Assembly: GCA_963776235.1 (NCBI GenBank)
Contig: CAVZLT010000038.1
Coordinates: 19,818 to 83,817 of the forward strand
Length of the DNA: 64,000 nucleotides
Reading direction: 5' to 3'
Source of the DNA: an uncultured Alphaproteobacteria bacterium
GTDB taxonomy: Bacteria > Pseudomonadota > Alphaproteobacteria > Rhizobiales > Methyloligellaceae
Below, in pieces: positions 33,317 through 43,996 of the stretch. Position 1 is the stretch's first letter. Every line of letters starts with the position of its first letter. Under the pieces are notes generated by a model. The model made no database searches, was not told the DNA's origin, and was given only the letters and a program-made list of their open reading frames with translations. A program made the position numbers and the translations under genes.

Positions 33317-34111
33317 TTGCGCCAATATCTCGACCTGCTCGGCAAGGTGCGCAACCGCGGCGCCAAGAAAGGCGACCGCACCAATACCGGCACGCTCAGC
33401 ATCTTCGGCCATCAGATGCGCTTCGATCTGGCTGACGGCTTCCCGCTCGTCACCACCAAGAAGCTGCATGTGAAGTCGATCGTCCACGAGCTGCTCTGGT
33501 TCCTGCAAGGCTCGACCAATGTGCGGTACCTGAACGAGCATGGCGTGACGATCTGGGATGAATGGGCGGACGAACGCGGCGATCTCGGCCCGATCTACGG
33601 CCGCCAATGGCGCTCCTGGCCAACGCCGGACGGGGGGCATATCGACCAGATCGCCAATGTCGTCGAAGGGCTGAAGCGCGATCCCGATTCGCGCCGCCAC
33701 ATCGTCAGCGCCTGGAACGTGGGCGAGCTCGACCAGATGGCGCTCTCGCCCTGCCATTGCCTGTTCCAGTTCTATGTCGCCGACGGGCGGCTCTCCTGCC
33801 AGCTCTACCAGCGCTCGGCCGACGTCTTTCTCGGCGTGCCGTTCAATATCGCCTCTTATGCGCTGCTCACGCAGATGGTGGCGCAAGTGACGGGCTTCGA
33901 GCCGGGCGAGTTCGTGCACAGCTTCGGCGACGCCCATCTCTATCTCACCCATCTCGACCAGGCCGACGAGCAGCTGAAGCGGAGCCCGCGCGCGCTTCCA
34001 CGCATGGAGATCAATCCGGAAGTCCGTTCGCTGTTCGATTTCGCTTACGAGGATTTCAAGCTCGTCGGCTACGACCCGCACCCCGCCATCAGCGCCAAGG
34101 TGGCGGTGTGA
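33317..34111 (+). CDS. thyA: Thymidylate synthase
   Basis: [36 protein letters not shown]; TTG start. Confidence 0.97.
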   Translation: MRQYLDLLGKVRNRGAKKGDRTNTGTLSIFGHQMRFDLADGFPLVTTKKLHVKSIVHELLWFLQGSTNVRYLNEHGVTIWDEWADERGDLGPIYGRQWRSWPTPDGGHIDQIANVVEGLKRDPDSRRHIVSAWNVGELDQMALSPCHCLFQFYVADGRLSCQLYQRSADVFLGVPFNIASYALLTQMVAQVTGFEPGEFVHSFGDAHLYLTHLDQADEQLKRSPRALPRMEINPEVRSLFDFAYEDFKLVGYDPHPAISAKVAV

Positions 34112-34643
34112 GCCCAAGCGGCGGGCGCCGGCCGAGCCGATCATCGCTCTGGTCGTGGCCATGGGCGAGAACCGCGCCATCGGCCGGGGAGGGGACCTGC
34201 CCTGGCACTTGCGCAGCGACATGCGCTATTTCCGGGAGATCACCATGGGCAAGCCGGTCCTGATGGGCCGGCGCACCTTCAAGTCGCTGCCGCGGGTTCT
34301 CGACGGCCGCCTCAATATCGTGCTCACGCGCGACCGCGGCTTCGTCGCTCCCGACGCCGTCATGGCCCACAGCCTCGAGGAGGGACTTGCCGCGGCACGC
34401 GCCTCCGCGCAGCGGACCGGCGCCGAGGAGATCATGATCATCGGCGGCGAGGACGTATTCCGCGAGGTCTTGCCGCAAACCGATCGCATCTACCTCACCG
34501 AGGTGCATGCCTCGCCCGAGGCCGACACCTGGTTCCCCGATCTCGACATGAGCGCGTGGCGGGAGGTCTCGCGCGAGGCGCACGCCGCCGGTCCCAAGGA
34601 CGACCACCCCTTCAGCTTCGTCGTTCTGGATCGGGTAGGCTAA
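34108..34643 (+). CDS. folA: Dihydrofolate reductase (start region probably affected by indels)
   Basis: [28 protein letters not shown]; conserved first strand lies upstream of 34155; GTG 34108 overlaps the thyA stop but is out of frame. Confidence 0.9.
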
Positions 34644-34656
34644 CCATGACCTCGCA

Positions 34657-34685
34657 TTGCGCCACCCCTGTGAGTGGCCTATAAC
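34657..34685 (+). promoter_or_regulatory. Putative RpoH/RpoD-type promoter of hflKC
   Basis: TTGC..N17..CCTATAAC upstream of hflK; motif match only. Confidence 0.35.
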
Positions 34686-34801
34686 CCTCCGGACCCTGTC
34701 GCAGGACCGCCATTTTGATGCGGCTAGTCTTATCGCCTAGCACCTCCTAAAGCGGCTTCCCGCGCGACTCCCTTCACCAGACATCAGGACCTGACTGCAT
34801 C

Positions 34802-35916
34802 ATGCCTTGGAGTAATCAGAGCGCGGCGGCGGCTGGAAAGGCGGCGGCGGTGGTGGGCCTTGGGGCCCGCGGCCCGGCCCCGGCCAGCAGCCCGACCTCG
34901 AAGAGATCCTGCGCCGCAGCCAGGACCGGCTGCGCCAAGCCATGCCAGGCGGCCGCATGGGCGGCCCATTCGCGGTGCTGATCGCCGCGGTGCTCGTCGC
35001 GGCGGTCGGCTTTTTCGGCTTCACCGTTCGCGTCAATCCCGACGAACTCGGCGTTGTGCTCCGCTTTGGCAAGTATGTCCGCCAGCTTCCGCCCGGTCTG
35101 AACTTCCGCTGGCCCTATCCGATCGAGCAGGTCGAGCTGCCCAAAGTGACGCGCATCAATCGCATCGAGATCGGCATGCGCGGTTCTTCCGAAGTCCGCG
35201 ACGCCTCGAGCACGATCCGCGACGTGCCCGAAGAGAGCCTGATGATCACGGGTGATGAGAATATCGTCGATGTCGATTTCGTCGTGTTCTGGCAGATCAA
35301 AAGCGCCGCCGACTTCCTGTTCAACATCCAGAACCCCGAAGGAACGGTGAAGGACGTGGCGGAAAGCGCCATGCGCGAGATCGTCGGCCAAAGCGATATC
35401 GAGCCGATCCTCACCGGGGCCCGTGCCAAGACCGAGGCTGACGCGCAGGCACTGATGCAGAAGACCCTCGACAGCTACGGCGCGGGCGTCTTGGTAACGC
35501 AGGTGCAGCTGCAAAAAGTCGACCCGCCCGCGCAGGTCATTGACGCCTTCCGCGACGTGCAGGCGGCACGCGCCGACCAGGAGCGCCTTCAGAACGAGGC
35601 GCAGGCCTATGCCAACCGCATCATCCCCGAGGCGCGCGGCGAGGCCGAGCGCATCCTGCAAGCGGCGCAAGGGTATCGGGATCAGGTGATCGCTTTGGCC
35701 AAGGGTGAAGCCGACCGTTTCATCAGCGTTTATGACCAGTACAAGAAGGCGCCCGATGTCACCCGCCAGCGCATCTTCATCGAGACCATGGAGAAGGTGC
35801 TTGGCGACACCGAAAAGGTGATCGTCGACGACAAGGCTGGTCCCGGGGTGGTGCCGTTCCTGCCGCTCTCGGAATTCACCAAGAAAGCTCCGACGCCTCC
35901 GGAGGGCCAGCCATGA
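34802..35916 (+). CDS. hflK: FtsH modulator HflK (apparent frameshift at ~34823)
   Basis: MPWSNQS then GGGPWG..PDLEEILRRSQDRL in another frame; MITGDENIVDV, VIDAFRDVQAA. Confidence 0.94.
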
Positions 35917-36959
35917 ACCGCACAGCCCTCACCTTGAGCCTGATCGTTCTCGGCATTGCCGCCCTCCTCGCCTATCTGACGCTGTTCACCGTCAGCCAGA
36001 CGCAGCAGGCACTGCTTCTCGAATTCGGCCGGCCCAAGCGCGTCATCACCGAGCCGGGTCTGCAATATAAGATCCCGTTCATTCAGAACGTCGTGTTCTT
36101 CGACAAGCGCATCCTCGACATCGACACGGCTTCGCAAGAGGTGATCGCTTCCGATCAGAAGCGGCTCGTGGTTGATGCCTTTGCACGTTACAAGATCGTC
36201 AATGCATTGCTGTTCTTCCAGAGCGTGGCCAACGAGGAGGGCGCCAACTCACGCCTCGGGGCCGTGCTTGAATCCTCGCTTCGGCGTGTGCTCGGCGCCG
36301 CGAGCTTTGCCACCGTGGTGCGCGACCAGCGCGAGCAGCTCATGCGTACCATCCTCAGTCAGGTCAACAAGGAAGCAGAACCGTTTGGCATCAATGTCGT
36401 CGATGTGCGCATCAAGCGCGTCGACCTGCCGGAAGCGAACATGCAGGCGATCTACCGCCGCATGCAGACCGAGCGGCAGCGCCAAGCGGCCGAGTTCCGC
36501 GCCGAAGGCGAAGGAGCCTCGCGGCGTATCCGCGGCACCGCCGACCGCGAAGTCACGGTGATCAAAGCCGACGCGACCGGTGAATCCGAGCGCATCCGCG
36601 GTAACGGCGATGCCGAGAAGAACCGCATCTTCGCCGAGGCGTTCGGCCAGGATCCGGATTTCTTCGCCTTTTACCGCTCGATGCAGGCTTATCAGGAGGC
36701 GCTGAAGCCAGGCGATACGCGGCTTCTGCTGAGCCCCGATTCGCAGTTCTTCCAATATTTCAACAATTCCGGTGGCAAGGCCCCGGGGGGCAGCACCCCG
36801 TCGTCGCCGCCGTCCAAGCCCGCCGAGACGCCCAACGCGCCTGCGGCCGACACCGATGGCGAGACGCTTCAGCAGGGTGCAGCCACCGGCGATGCCACGC
36901 CGGCCGAGCGCGACATCTCGGCTGGCGAAACCCCATCGCCTGGCCCCGAGGCTCCCTAA
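35913..36959 (+). CDS. hflC: FtsH modulator HflC
   Basis: DQKRLVVDAFARY, DVRIKRVDLP, FYRSMQAY. Confidence 0.95.
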   Translation: MNRTALTLSLIVLGIAALLAYLTLFTVSQTQQALLLEFGRPKRVITEPGLQYKIPFIQNVVFFDKRILDIDTASQEVIASDQKRLVVDAFARYKIVNALLFFQSVANEEGANSRLGAVLESSLRRVLGAASFATVVRDQREQLMRTILSQVNKEAEPFGINVVDVRIKRVDLPEANMQAIYRRMQTERQRQAAEFRAEGEGASRRIRGTADREVTVIKADATGESERIRGNGDAEKNRIFAEAFGQDPDFFAFYRSMQAYQEALKPGDTRLLLSPDSQFFQYFNNSGGKAPGGSTPSSPPSKPAETPNAPAADTDGETLQQGAATGDATPAERDISAGETPSPGPEAP

Positions 36960-37001
36960 GCTCGACATGCGGTGCGCGAAGCCCGAGATGCCGCTTGCGC
37001 A

Positions 37002-37187
37002 ATGAGCGATCTTGCCGTCGCTTTGGGCCTCGTCCTCGTCATCGAAGGGTCGCTCTGGGCGCTCTCGCCCCGCTTCGGCCGCAAGCTGCTGGAAGCGACC
37101 GCGGGGATGCCTGAACAGAACCTGCGCCTGGCCGGGGCGCTTGCCGTCGCGGCCGGCGTTCTGGTGATCTGGATCGTGCGCGGTTAG
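37002..37187 (+). CDS. DUF2065 family small membrane protein
   Basis: ALGLVLVIEG, LRLAG; follows hflC. Confidence 0.85.
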   Translation: MSDLAVALGLVLVIEGSLWALSPRFGRKLLEATAGMPEQNLRLAGALAVAAGVLVIWIVRG

Positions 37188-37269
37188 TCCGATGCGGGCG
37201 CGCGACGGAATCTGCTCAACCCTCGCCGATTTCCGCTATGATCGGCACCCGATGCGGGAGTTTCGATCG

Positions 37270-38757
37270 ATGCCACAGCGCGGCGCGCAATCCGTAAGCC
37301 TTCGGCGCTTTTGTTTCATGGCGGCCTGGGTCGGACTGCTCTTTGCCGGAGCCCCGCTGTTCACCACCGAAAGCCTCGCGCACGGCCCTGACTCCGTCGC
37401 CGACGTCGCCGAAGGCTTGCAGGACGCCGTCGTCAACATCTCCACCACACAGACGCTCAAAGGCTCGGCCGAGAACACTCCGAGCGGTCCCGGCCCGAAG
37501 GGCTCGCCCTTCGAGGAATTCTTCGACGATTTCTTCGATGACGAGGAGAAGGACGGCCTGCCGCGCAAAGTGAGCTCGCTCGGCTCGGGCTTCGTCATCG
37601 ACCCGTCGGGCCTCGTTGTCACCAACAATCACGTGATCGAGGGCGCCGACGAGATCATCATCAACTTCACCGACGGCAGCAAGCTGAAGGTCACCAAGAT
37701 TCTCGGCCACGATCCCAAGACCGACCTCGCGCTGCTGAAAGTGGAGCCGAAGAAGCCGCTCAAGGCCATCACCTTCGGCAACTCCTCGAAGATGCGCGTG
37801 GGCGACTGGGTGATGGCGATCGGCAATCCGTTCGGCCTCGGCGGCAGCGTCACGGTCGGCATCATCTCCGCCACCAAGCGCGACATCAATGCCGGGCCCT
37901 ACGACGACTTCCTGCAAACCGACGCCGCCATCAATCGCGGCAATTCGGGTGGCCCCTTGTTCAACATGGACGGCCAGGTGATCGGCGTGAATACGGCCAT
38001 CATCTCGCCGAGCGGCGGCTCGATCGGCATCGGCTTCGCCGTGCCCTCGAACAGCGCCATGCAGGTCCTCGACCAGCTCAAGCAATACGGCGAGACGCGG
38101 CGCGGCTGGCTCGGCGTGCACGTGCAGAACGTCACCGACGAGATTGCCGTGAGCCTCGGGTTGCAGGAGCCGAAGGGCGCGCTCGTCGCCAAGGTCTCGC
38201 CCGACAGCCCGGCCGCCACCGCGGGCATTCAGCCGAGCGACGTGATTCTGAAATTCGACGGCCAGGTCATCGACAATATGCGCAGCCTGCCGCGCGCCGT
38301 TGCCGCCACCGCCATCGGCAAGAGCGTCGATGTCGAGCTCATGCGCAAGGGCCAGAGCGTCGACCTGACGGTAACCGTGGGCCGGTTGCCGGAGGATGAG
38401 GATGTCCAGGACTCGGTGAAGGACGACGGCGAGGAAGACCTGACGCCGGAGCCCGAGCGCGAGGATCTGCTCGGTCTGTCGATTGCGCCGCTGACCGAAG
38501 AGCTGCGCGAGCGTTTCAATATCGGCAAATCGGTCGAGGGCGTGGTCATCACCGAGGTGAAGCCCAACAGCCCCGCCGCGCAGAAAGACGTGAAGCCCGG
38601 CGAGGTCATCGTCGAGGTGACGCAGGAGAAGGTAAAGCAGCCGCAGGACGTGAAAACGCGGGTGCTCGCGGTGCAGAAATCCGGCCGGAAATCGGTGCTG
38701 CTTCTGCTGTCCGACGCCAAGGGCGAGCTTCGCTTCGTCGCCGTGCCGACGAGCTAG
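37270..38757 (+). CDS. DegP/DegQ (Do family) serine protease with two PDZ domains
   Basis: TNNHV, TDLAL, GNSGGP; signal peptide. Confidence 0.94.
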   Translation: MPQRGAQSVSLRRFCFMAAWVGLLFAGAPLFTTESLAHGPDSVADVAEGLQDAVVNISTTQTLKGSAENTPSGPGPKGSPFEEFFDDFFDDEEKDGLPRKVSSLGSGFVIDPSGLVVTNNHVIEGADEIIINFTDGSKLKVTKILGHDPKTDLALLKVEPKKPLKAITFGNSSKMRVGDWVMAIGNPFGLGGSVTVGIISATKRDINAGPYDDFLQTDAAINRGNSGGPLFNMDGQVIGVNTAIISPSGGSIGIGFAVPSNSAMQVLDQLKQYGETRRGWLGVHVQNVTDEIAVSLGLQEPKGALVAKVSPDSPAATAGIQPSDVILKFDGQVIDNMRSLPRAVAATAIGKSVDVELMRKGQSVDLTVTVGRLPEDEDVQDSVKDDGEEDLTPEPEREDLLGLSIAPLTEELRERFNIGKSVEGVVITEVKPNSPAAQKDVKPGEVIVEVTQEKVKQPQDVKTRVLAVQKSGRKSVLLLLSDAKGELRFVAVPTS

Positions 38758-38763
38758 GCCGTC

Positions 38764-39685
38764 GTGACGCCGAGCGCCGGCCGGCCTAAGGCCATCCTCA
38801 TCGCCGGGCCGACCGCGAGCGGCAAATCCGCGGCCGCACTCGACCTCGCCCAACGCTTCGGCGGCGTCGTCATCAATGCCAATTCCATGCAGGTCTATCG
38901 CGAGCTTGCCGTCCTCACCGCACGCCCTTCCCAAGCGGAGATGCAGCGTGCCCCGCATTGTCTCTACGGCACGGTTCCCGCCAGCGAGCCCTACTCCGTA
39001 GGCCGCTTTCTCGAAGACGCGGCGCGCGCCCTGCGCGATGCGAAAGTCGAGGGGCGCCTGCCGGTCTTCGTCGGCGGCACCGGCCTCTATTTCAAGGCGC
39101 TCACCGAAGGGCTTGCCGCGGTCCCCGACGTGCCGCCGGAGATTCGCGCGCATTGGCGCGCGGAAGCCGAGAGGATCGGCACGGACGGACTCTATCGCGA
39201 GCTTCAAGCGCGCGATCCCGTCATGGCGGCAAGACTTCGCCCGAGCGATCCCCAGCGTCTCCTGCGCGCGCTGGAAGTGATCGACGCGACCTCGGTTTCG
39301 CTCGCCGAGTGGCAGGGCGCGGATGCCGCTGCCGTGCTGCATCCGCAGGGGCTGCTCAGGATCGTCATCGCGCCGGAGCGTGAGGCGCTTTATGCGGCGA
39401 TCGATGCGCGCTTCGACCGCATGATCGAGCAAGGCGCCATCGAGGAGGTGCGGGCGCTTCTCGCGCTCGGTCTCGATCCCGGCTCTTCCGGCGATGCGGG
39501 CGCATGGCGTGCGCGAGCTTGCCGCTTATCTCGCGGGCGACAGCAGCCTCGAAGCGGCGGTCGAAAAAGCGAAGACCGAGAGCCGCCGCTATGCCAAGCG
39601 GCAGATGACCTGGCTGCGCCGCTTCATGCAGGATTGGGAATGGTTCCCCAACGCTGCCGCGGCCCTCTCCGCCACTACACCGTGA
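38764..39685 (+). CDS. miaA: tRNA dimethylallyltransferase (apparent frameshift at ~39480)
   Basis: [20 protein letters not shown]; [10 protein letters not shown] in ORF 39494..39685; extra C in CCC at 39478-39480. Confidence 0.93.
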
Positions 39686-41588
39686 CTTGCGTGCCGATCT
39701 CGACCACGCGGTCGGTGGGGAGCTGGAAATAGCTCGATGCGTCGTCGGCGTTCCGCGCCAGAATGATGAACAGCCGGTCCTGCCAGCGGGGCATGCCCGA
39801 ACGCGGATCCGGTCTGACCGCGCGCCGGGACAGGAAGAACGAGGTCGACATGATGTCGAAGCTCAAGCCGAACTTCCGCGCGATGGCGAGCGCCTTGGGG
39901 ATATTCGGCGTCTCCATGAAGCCGTAGCGGACGATGAGCCGGGTGAACAACCTGCCGAGCGGCTCGATGCTGACGCGATCCTCGGTCGCCACGCGCGGCG
40001 TGGATTCGGTGATCATCGTCAGCACCACGTTGTGCTCGTGCAGCACTTTGTAATGCTTGAGACTGTGTAGCAGCGCGGTCGGCGCGCTCTCTGGGTCTGC
40101 GGTGAGGAACACGGCAGTCCCCGCAACCTTGGTCGGTTGCTTCGCCTCCAGCGCCTCGATCAGGCTATCGATCGGCGTCTCCAGCCGCCGCGTTTTGCCG
40201 GCGAGGATGCGCGAGCCCTTCCGCCAGGTGATCATCACCACCATGATCATGGCGCCAATCAAGAGCGGCACCCAGCCGCCTTGCAACACTTTGAGCAGAT
40301 TGGCGCCAAGAAAGGTCAGGTCGATCAGCAGGAAGGGAACCATCAAGGCCGCAGCCGCCCAAAGCGGCCACTTCCAGTATTTCCACACCACGATCAGCGC
40401 CAGGATCGCCGTCACCACCATCGTGCCCGTAACGGCGATTCCGTAGGCGGAAGCGAGCGCGCCTGAAGACCTGAACTGCACCACCAGCATGAGCACGCCG
40501 AGCAAGAGCAGCAGGTTCACGCGGGGGATGTAGATCTGGCCGAACTGGGCTTCCGAGGTATGGCGAATCTCGAGCCGGGGCAGGAGCCCGAGCTGGATCG
40601 CCTGCCGAGTCATGGAGTAGGCCCCGGTAATCACGGCTTGGCTCGCGATCACCGTGGCGGCGGTGGCGAGCCCCACCATGGGAACGAGTGCCCACTCCGG
40701 ATAGAGCAGAAAGAACGGATTTTCGATTGCCGCGGGGTCGGCAAGCAGCAGCGCGCCTTGGCCGAGATAGTTGAGGGTGAGCGCCGGCAGACAGACGGTG
40801 AGCCATGCGGCGCGGATCGGACCCCTGCCGAAATGGCCGAGATCGGCGTAAAGCGCTTCCGCGCCGGTCACCACCAGGAATACGGCGCCGAGCGTGAGCA
40901 GGCCGATATAACCGTGGCTCAACAGAAAGCTCACGCCGTGCAGCGGATTGAAGGCCGCGAGCACGCTGGGATTGAGCGCGACGTGATAGAGGCCCGCGGC
41001 GGCCAGCGCGATGAACCAGACAAGCGTGATCGGCCCGAAAAAGCTCGCCACCCGCGCCGTGCCATGCGACTGCACCATGAACAGCGCAAACAGGATCACG
41101 ACCGAAAGCGGCACGACATAGCGAGCGAGCGCCGGCGCCACCACTTCGAGGCCTTCGACGGCCGACAGCACCGAAAGCGCGGGCGTGATCATGGCGTCGC
41201 CATAAAACAACGCGGCGCTGATCATGCCGAGCACGACGATCAGCGCGCTCTTCCCGCCAAGCGTGCGATTGGCAAGCGCCATCAATGCGAGCGTGCCGCC
41301 TTCGCCGTTATTGTCGGCGCGCAGCAGGATGATCACGTATTTGACGGTGACGATGAGGATCAGCGCCCAGATGATGAGCGAGAGGATGCCGAGGATCGCC
41401 GCTTCGGTCACCACTGCATTGGGACCCACCGCGGCGCGCACCAACTCGCGCAGCGCATAAAGCGGACTCGTGCCGATGTCGCCATAGACGACGCCGATCG
41501 AGCCGAGCGTCAGCGCCCAGAAGCTCGCATGTGGCGAAGCTTCGGCTTGTGCGCCGTTCGTTGCGCTGACGGGTGGCCGGTGCGCCAT
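39675..41588 (-). CDS. kup: KUP/HAK/KT potassium transporter (canonical copy)
   Basis: [44 protein letters not shown]. Confidence 0.96.
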   Translation of the reverse strand: MAHRPPVSATNGAQAEASPHASFWALTLGSIGVVYGDIGTSPLYALRELVRAAVGPNAVVTEAAILGILSLIIWALILIVTVKYVIILLRADNNGEGGTLALMALANRTLGGKSALIVVLGMISAALFYGDAMITPALSVLSAVEGLEVVAPALARYVVPLSVVILFALFMVQSHGTARVASFFGPITLVWFIALAAAGLYHVALNPSVLAAFNPLHGVSFLLSHGYIGLLTLGAVFLVVTGAEALYADLGHFGRGPIRAAWLTVCLPALTLNYLGQGALLLADPAAIENPFFLLYPEWALVPMVGLATAATVIASQAVITGAYSMTRQAIQLGLLPRLEIRHTSEAQFGQIYIPRVNLLLLLGVLMLVVQFRSSGALASAYGIAVTGTMVVTAILALIVVWKYWKWPLWAAAALMVPFLLIDLTFLGANLLKVLQGGWVPLLIGAMIMVVMITWRKGSRILAGKTRRLETPIDSLIEALEAKQPTKVAGTAVFLTADPESAPTALLHSLKHYKVLHEHNVVLTMITESTPRVATEDRVSIEPLGRLFTRLIVRYGFMETPNIPKALAIARKFGLSFDIMSTSFFLSRRAVRPDPRSGMPRWQDRLFIILARNADDASSYFQLPTDRVVEIGTQVTV

Positions 41589-41711
41589 GGAAGTTTGGGG
41601 TGAGGGGGGTTTTGTCCGATTGCGCGTTTGCTACGCTGGACGCGCATATAGGCGTTGCCGCAGCGCTTGTCCATTCGCCTATTGGGCGTGACGCAAATTC
41701 GGGCAGTTCGC

Positions 41712-43631
41712 CTAGACCGTGACCTGCGTGCCGATCTCCACCACGCGGTCGGTGGGGAGCTGGAAATAGCTCGACGCGTCGTCGGCGTTATGCGCGAGGA
41801 AGATATACAGCCCGTCCTGCCATTTCGGCATGCCGGAGCGCGGGTCTGGTCTGACCGACCGGCGCGACAGGAAGAACGACGTCGACATGATGTCGAAGTG
41901 CCAGCCTTGCTTGCGCGCGACCGCCAAGGCTTTCGGCACGTTCGGCCGCTCCATGAAGCCGAAATGCAGCACGAGGCGCATGAATTTGTCGCTGATCGGC
42001 TCGATCTGCACGCGGTCCTTGAGGTCTACGCGCGGAATGTCCTCATTGACGATGGTCAAGATCACATTGTGCTCGTGCAGCACCTTGTTGTGCTTCAGAT
42101 TGTGCAAGAGCGCGGTCGGCGCGAAATCGGGATCGCTGGTAAGGAACACCGCCGTTCCGGGAACCACATGCGGCGGCTTAGCCTCGAGGCTCTTGATCAG
42201 CGGTTCGAACGGCACCTCGACGCGGCGCGTTTTTTGTCCGAGCAGGCGCGTGCCGCGGCGCCAAGTATACATGATGATCACCAGCGCCGCGCCGACGAGT
42301 ACCGGCAGCCAGGCGCCTTCGACAATCTCGAGCATGCTGGCGAGCACGAAGGTCGTATCCATCAAAAACAGCGGGACCATGAGGCCGAGGGCGGCCCAAA
42401 GCGGCCACTTCCACAGCTTCAAGATCACGATCAAGCCGAGAATGCCGGCGACCCACGCGGTGGTGGCGACGGCCAGCACATAGGCCGCTGCGAGCTCGCT
42501 CGAAGACCTGAACATGAAGACGAGCAGCAGCACGCCGGTCAGCAACAGCCAGTTCACCCGCGGCATATAGATCTGGCCGGCGAGCGCTTCGGAGGTATGG
42601 CGCACCTCCATGCGCGGCATGAAGCCGAGCTGCATCGCCTGGCGGGTGATGGAATAGGCCCCGGTGATGACCGCTTGGCTCGCAATCGCCGTGGCCGTCG
42701 TGGCCAGCGCGACCATCGGATAGAGCGCCCAATCGGGATAGAGCAGGTAGAACGGATTTTCGATCGTCTCTGGGTGCGCCAGCAAGAGCGCGCCTTGGCC
42801 GAAATAGTTCAGCAGCAGCGCCGGCAGCACGAGGAAGAGCCAGGCGGCCTGGATCGGCCGTCTGCCGAAATGACCGAGGTCGTTGTAGAGCGCCTCTGAG
42901 CCGGTGACGACGAGGAACACCGAGGCGAGCGTGAGCAGTCCGATGATCCCGTGACTGAATAAGAAGCCGATGCCGTAGACCGGATTTATCGCCGCGAGCA
43001 CCCTCGGATTGGCCACGACCTCAAGGCCGCCGGCGATGGCGATGGCGAGGAACCAGACGAAGGTGATCGGCGCGAAGAAGGCCGAGACGCGCGCCGTGCC
43101 GTGCGATTGCACCGAGAACAAGGCAACGAGAATGACGACCGTCAGCGGCAAAATGTATGGCTGGAGCGCGCTGGTGGCGACGGTCAGACCCTCGACCGCC
43201 GAGAGCACCGAAAGCGCCGGCGTGATCAAGGTCGAGCCGTAGAACATCGAGGCGCCGACGATGCCGAGCGCGAGCACGACCGGCGCGCGCCGTCCGAGCG
43301 CCCTGAAGGCGAGAGCCGTGAGCGCGAGCGTGCCGCCTTCGCCGTTATTGTCGGCGCGCAGCAGGATCAGTACATATTTCAGCGTAACGACGAAGATCAG
43401 CGACCAGAAGATCAGCGACAGCACGCCGTAAATCGCGGCTCCGCTGACCAAGCGTGCTTCGCCGCCGGCAGCGAGCACCGCTTCGCGGAAGGCATAAAGA
43501 GGGCTGGTGCCGATGTCGCCGTAGACGACGCCGATCGAGCCGAAGGTGAGCGCCCAGAACGCGCGCTGAGAGAGCGGCAGGGCGTCAGTGCCGTTAGCGG
43601 CATGAGTTTCTGAGCTGGCGGCCTGCGGCAT
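41712..43631 (-). CDS. kup: Second KUP/HAK/KT transporter (divergent paralog)
   Basis: [17 protein letters not shown], same C-terminus [10 protein letters not shown]; start uncertain (ATG 43631 chosen to match paralog length). Confidence 0.92.
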   Translation of the reverse strand: MPQAASSETHAANGTDALPLSQRAFWALTFGSIGVVYGDIGTSPLYAFREAVLAAGGEARLVSGAAIYGVLSLIFWSLIFVVTLKYVLILLRADNNGEGGTLALTALAFRALGRRAPVVLALGIVGASMFYGSTLITPALSVLSAVEGLTVATSALQPYILPLTVVILVALFSVQSHGTARVSAFFAPITFVWFLAIAIAGGLEVVANPRVLAAINPVYGIGFLFSHGIIGLLTLASVFLVVTGSEALYNDLGHFGRRPIQAAWLFLVLPALLLNYFGQGALLLAHPETIENPFYLLYPDWALYPMVALATTATAIASQAVITGAYSITRQAMQLGFMPRMEVRHTSEALAGQIYMPRVNWLLLTGVLLLVFMFRSSSELAAAYVLAVATTAWVAGILGLIVILKLWKWPLWAALGLMVPLFLMDTTFVLASMLEIVEGAWLPVLVGAALVIIMYTWRRGTRLLGQKTRRVEVPFEPLIKSLEAKPPHVVPGTAVFLTSDPDFAPTALLHNLKHNKVLHEHNVILTIVNEDIPRVDLKDRVQIEPISDKFMRLVLHFGFMERPNVPKALAVARKQGWHFDIMSTSFFLSRRSVRPDPRSGMPKWQDGLYIFLAHNADDASSYFQLPTDRVVEIGTQVTV

Positions 43632-43875
43632 TCCGTCGGGAAATGGGGAGGCGTTGGAAGCTATCGCGATAACGCCGGGAGTAGCGCCGCGGTCCCTCGA
43701 AAGCGTAGGACCGGACATAGTGGTCAGCGGCCCGCCTTGTCCAGGCCAAGCAATAGGCAAGCCATGCTCACCCGCTACCGCCAGGCTGGAGTAATAAAAC
43801 AATGCCGCGGAGCCTTGACCGGTAATTTCCGCAAACCAAATATGTGGTAATGTTGTCATTCATTCGCCTTTGCCG

Positions 43876-43904
43876 TTGACCCTCTGTGGGCCAGGTCTTA
43901 GGGT
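43876..43904 (+). promoter_or_regulatory. Putative sigma-70 promoter of the ilv operon
   Basis: TTGACC-N17-TAGGGT. Confidence 0.45.
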
Positions 43905-43945
43905 GCGCGGCCTGTTAAGGCTTTTCCGCCATTCCTCGAGCTCTG

Positions 43946-43984
43946 ACCGGCCGCGGACGAAAGAGGCGCGAGGCCGGTTTTGTT
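43946..43984 (+). terminator. Terminator-like hairpin in the ilvB leader
   Basis: ACCGGCC (43946-52) pairs with GGCCGGT (43972-78), followed by TTTGTT. Confidence 0.45.
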
Positions 43985-43996
43985 AGTGAGGATGCG

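Noticed and set aside
43632-43859. Extended N-terminus of the 715-aa Kup ORF
   Set aside because: Runs through the divergent promoter region and has no counterpart in the paralog
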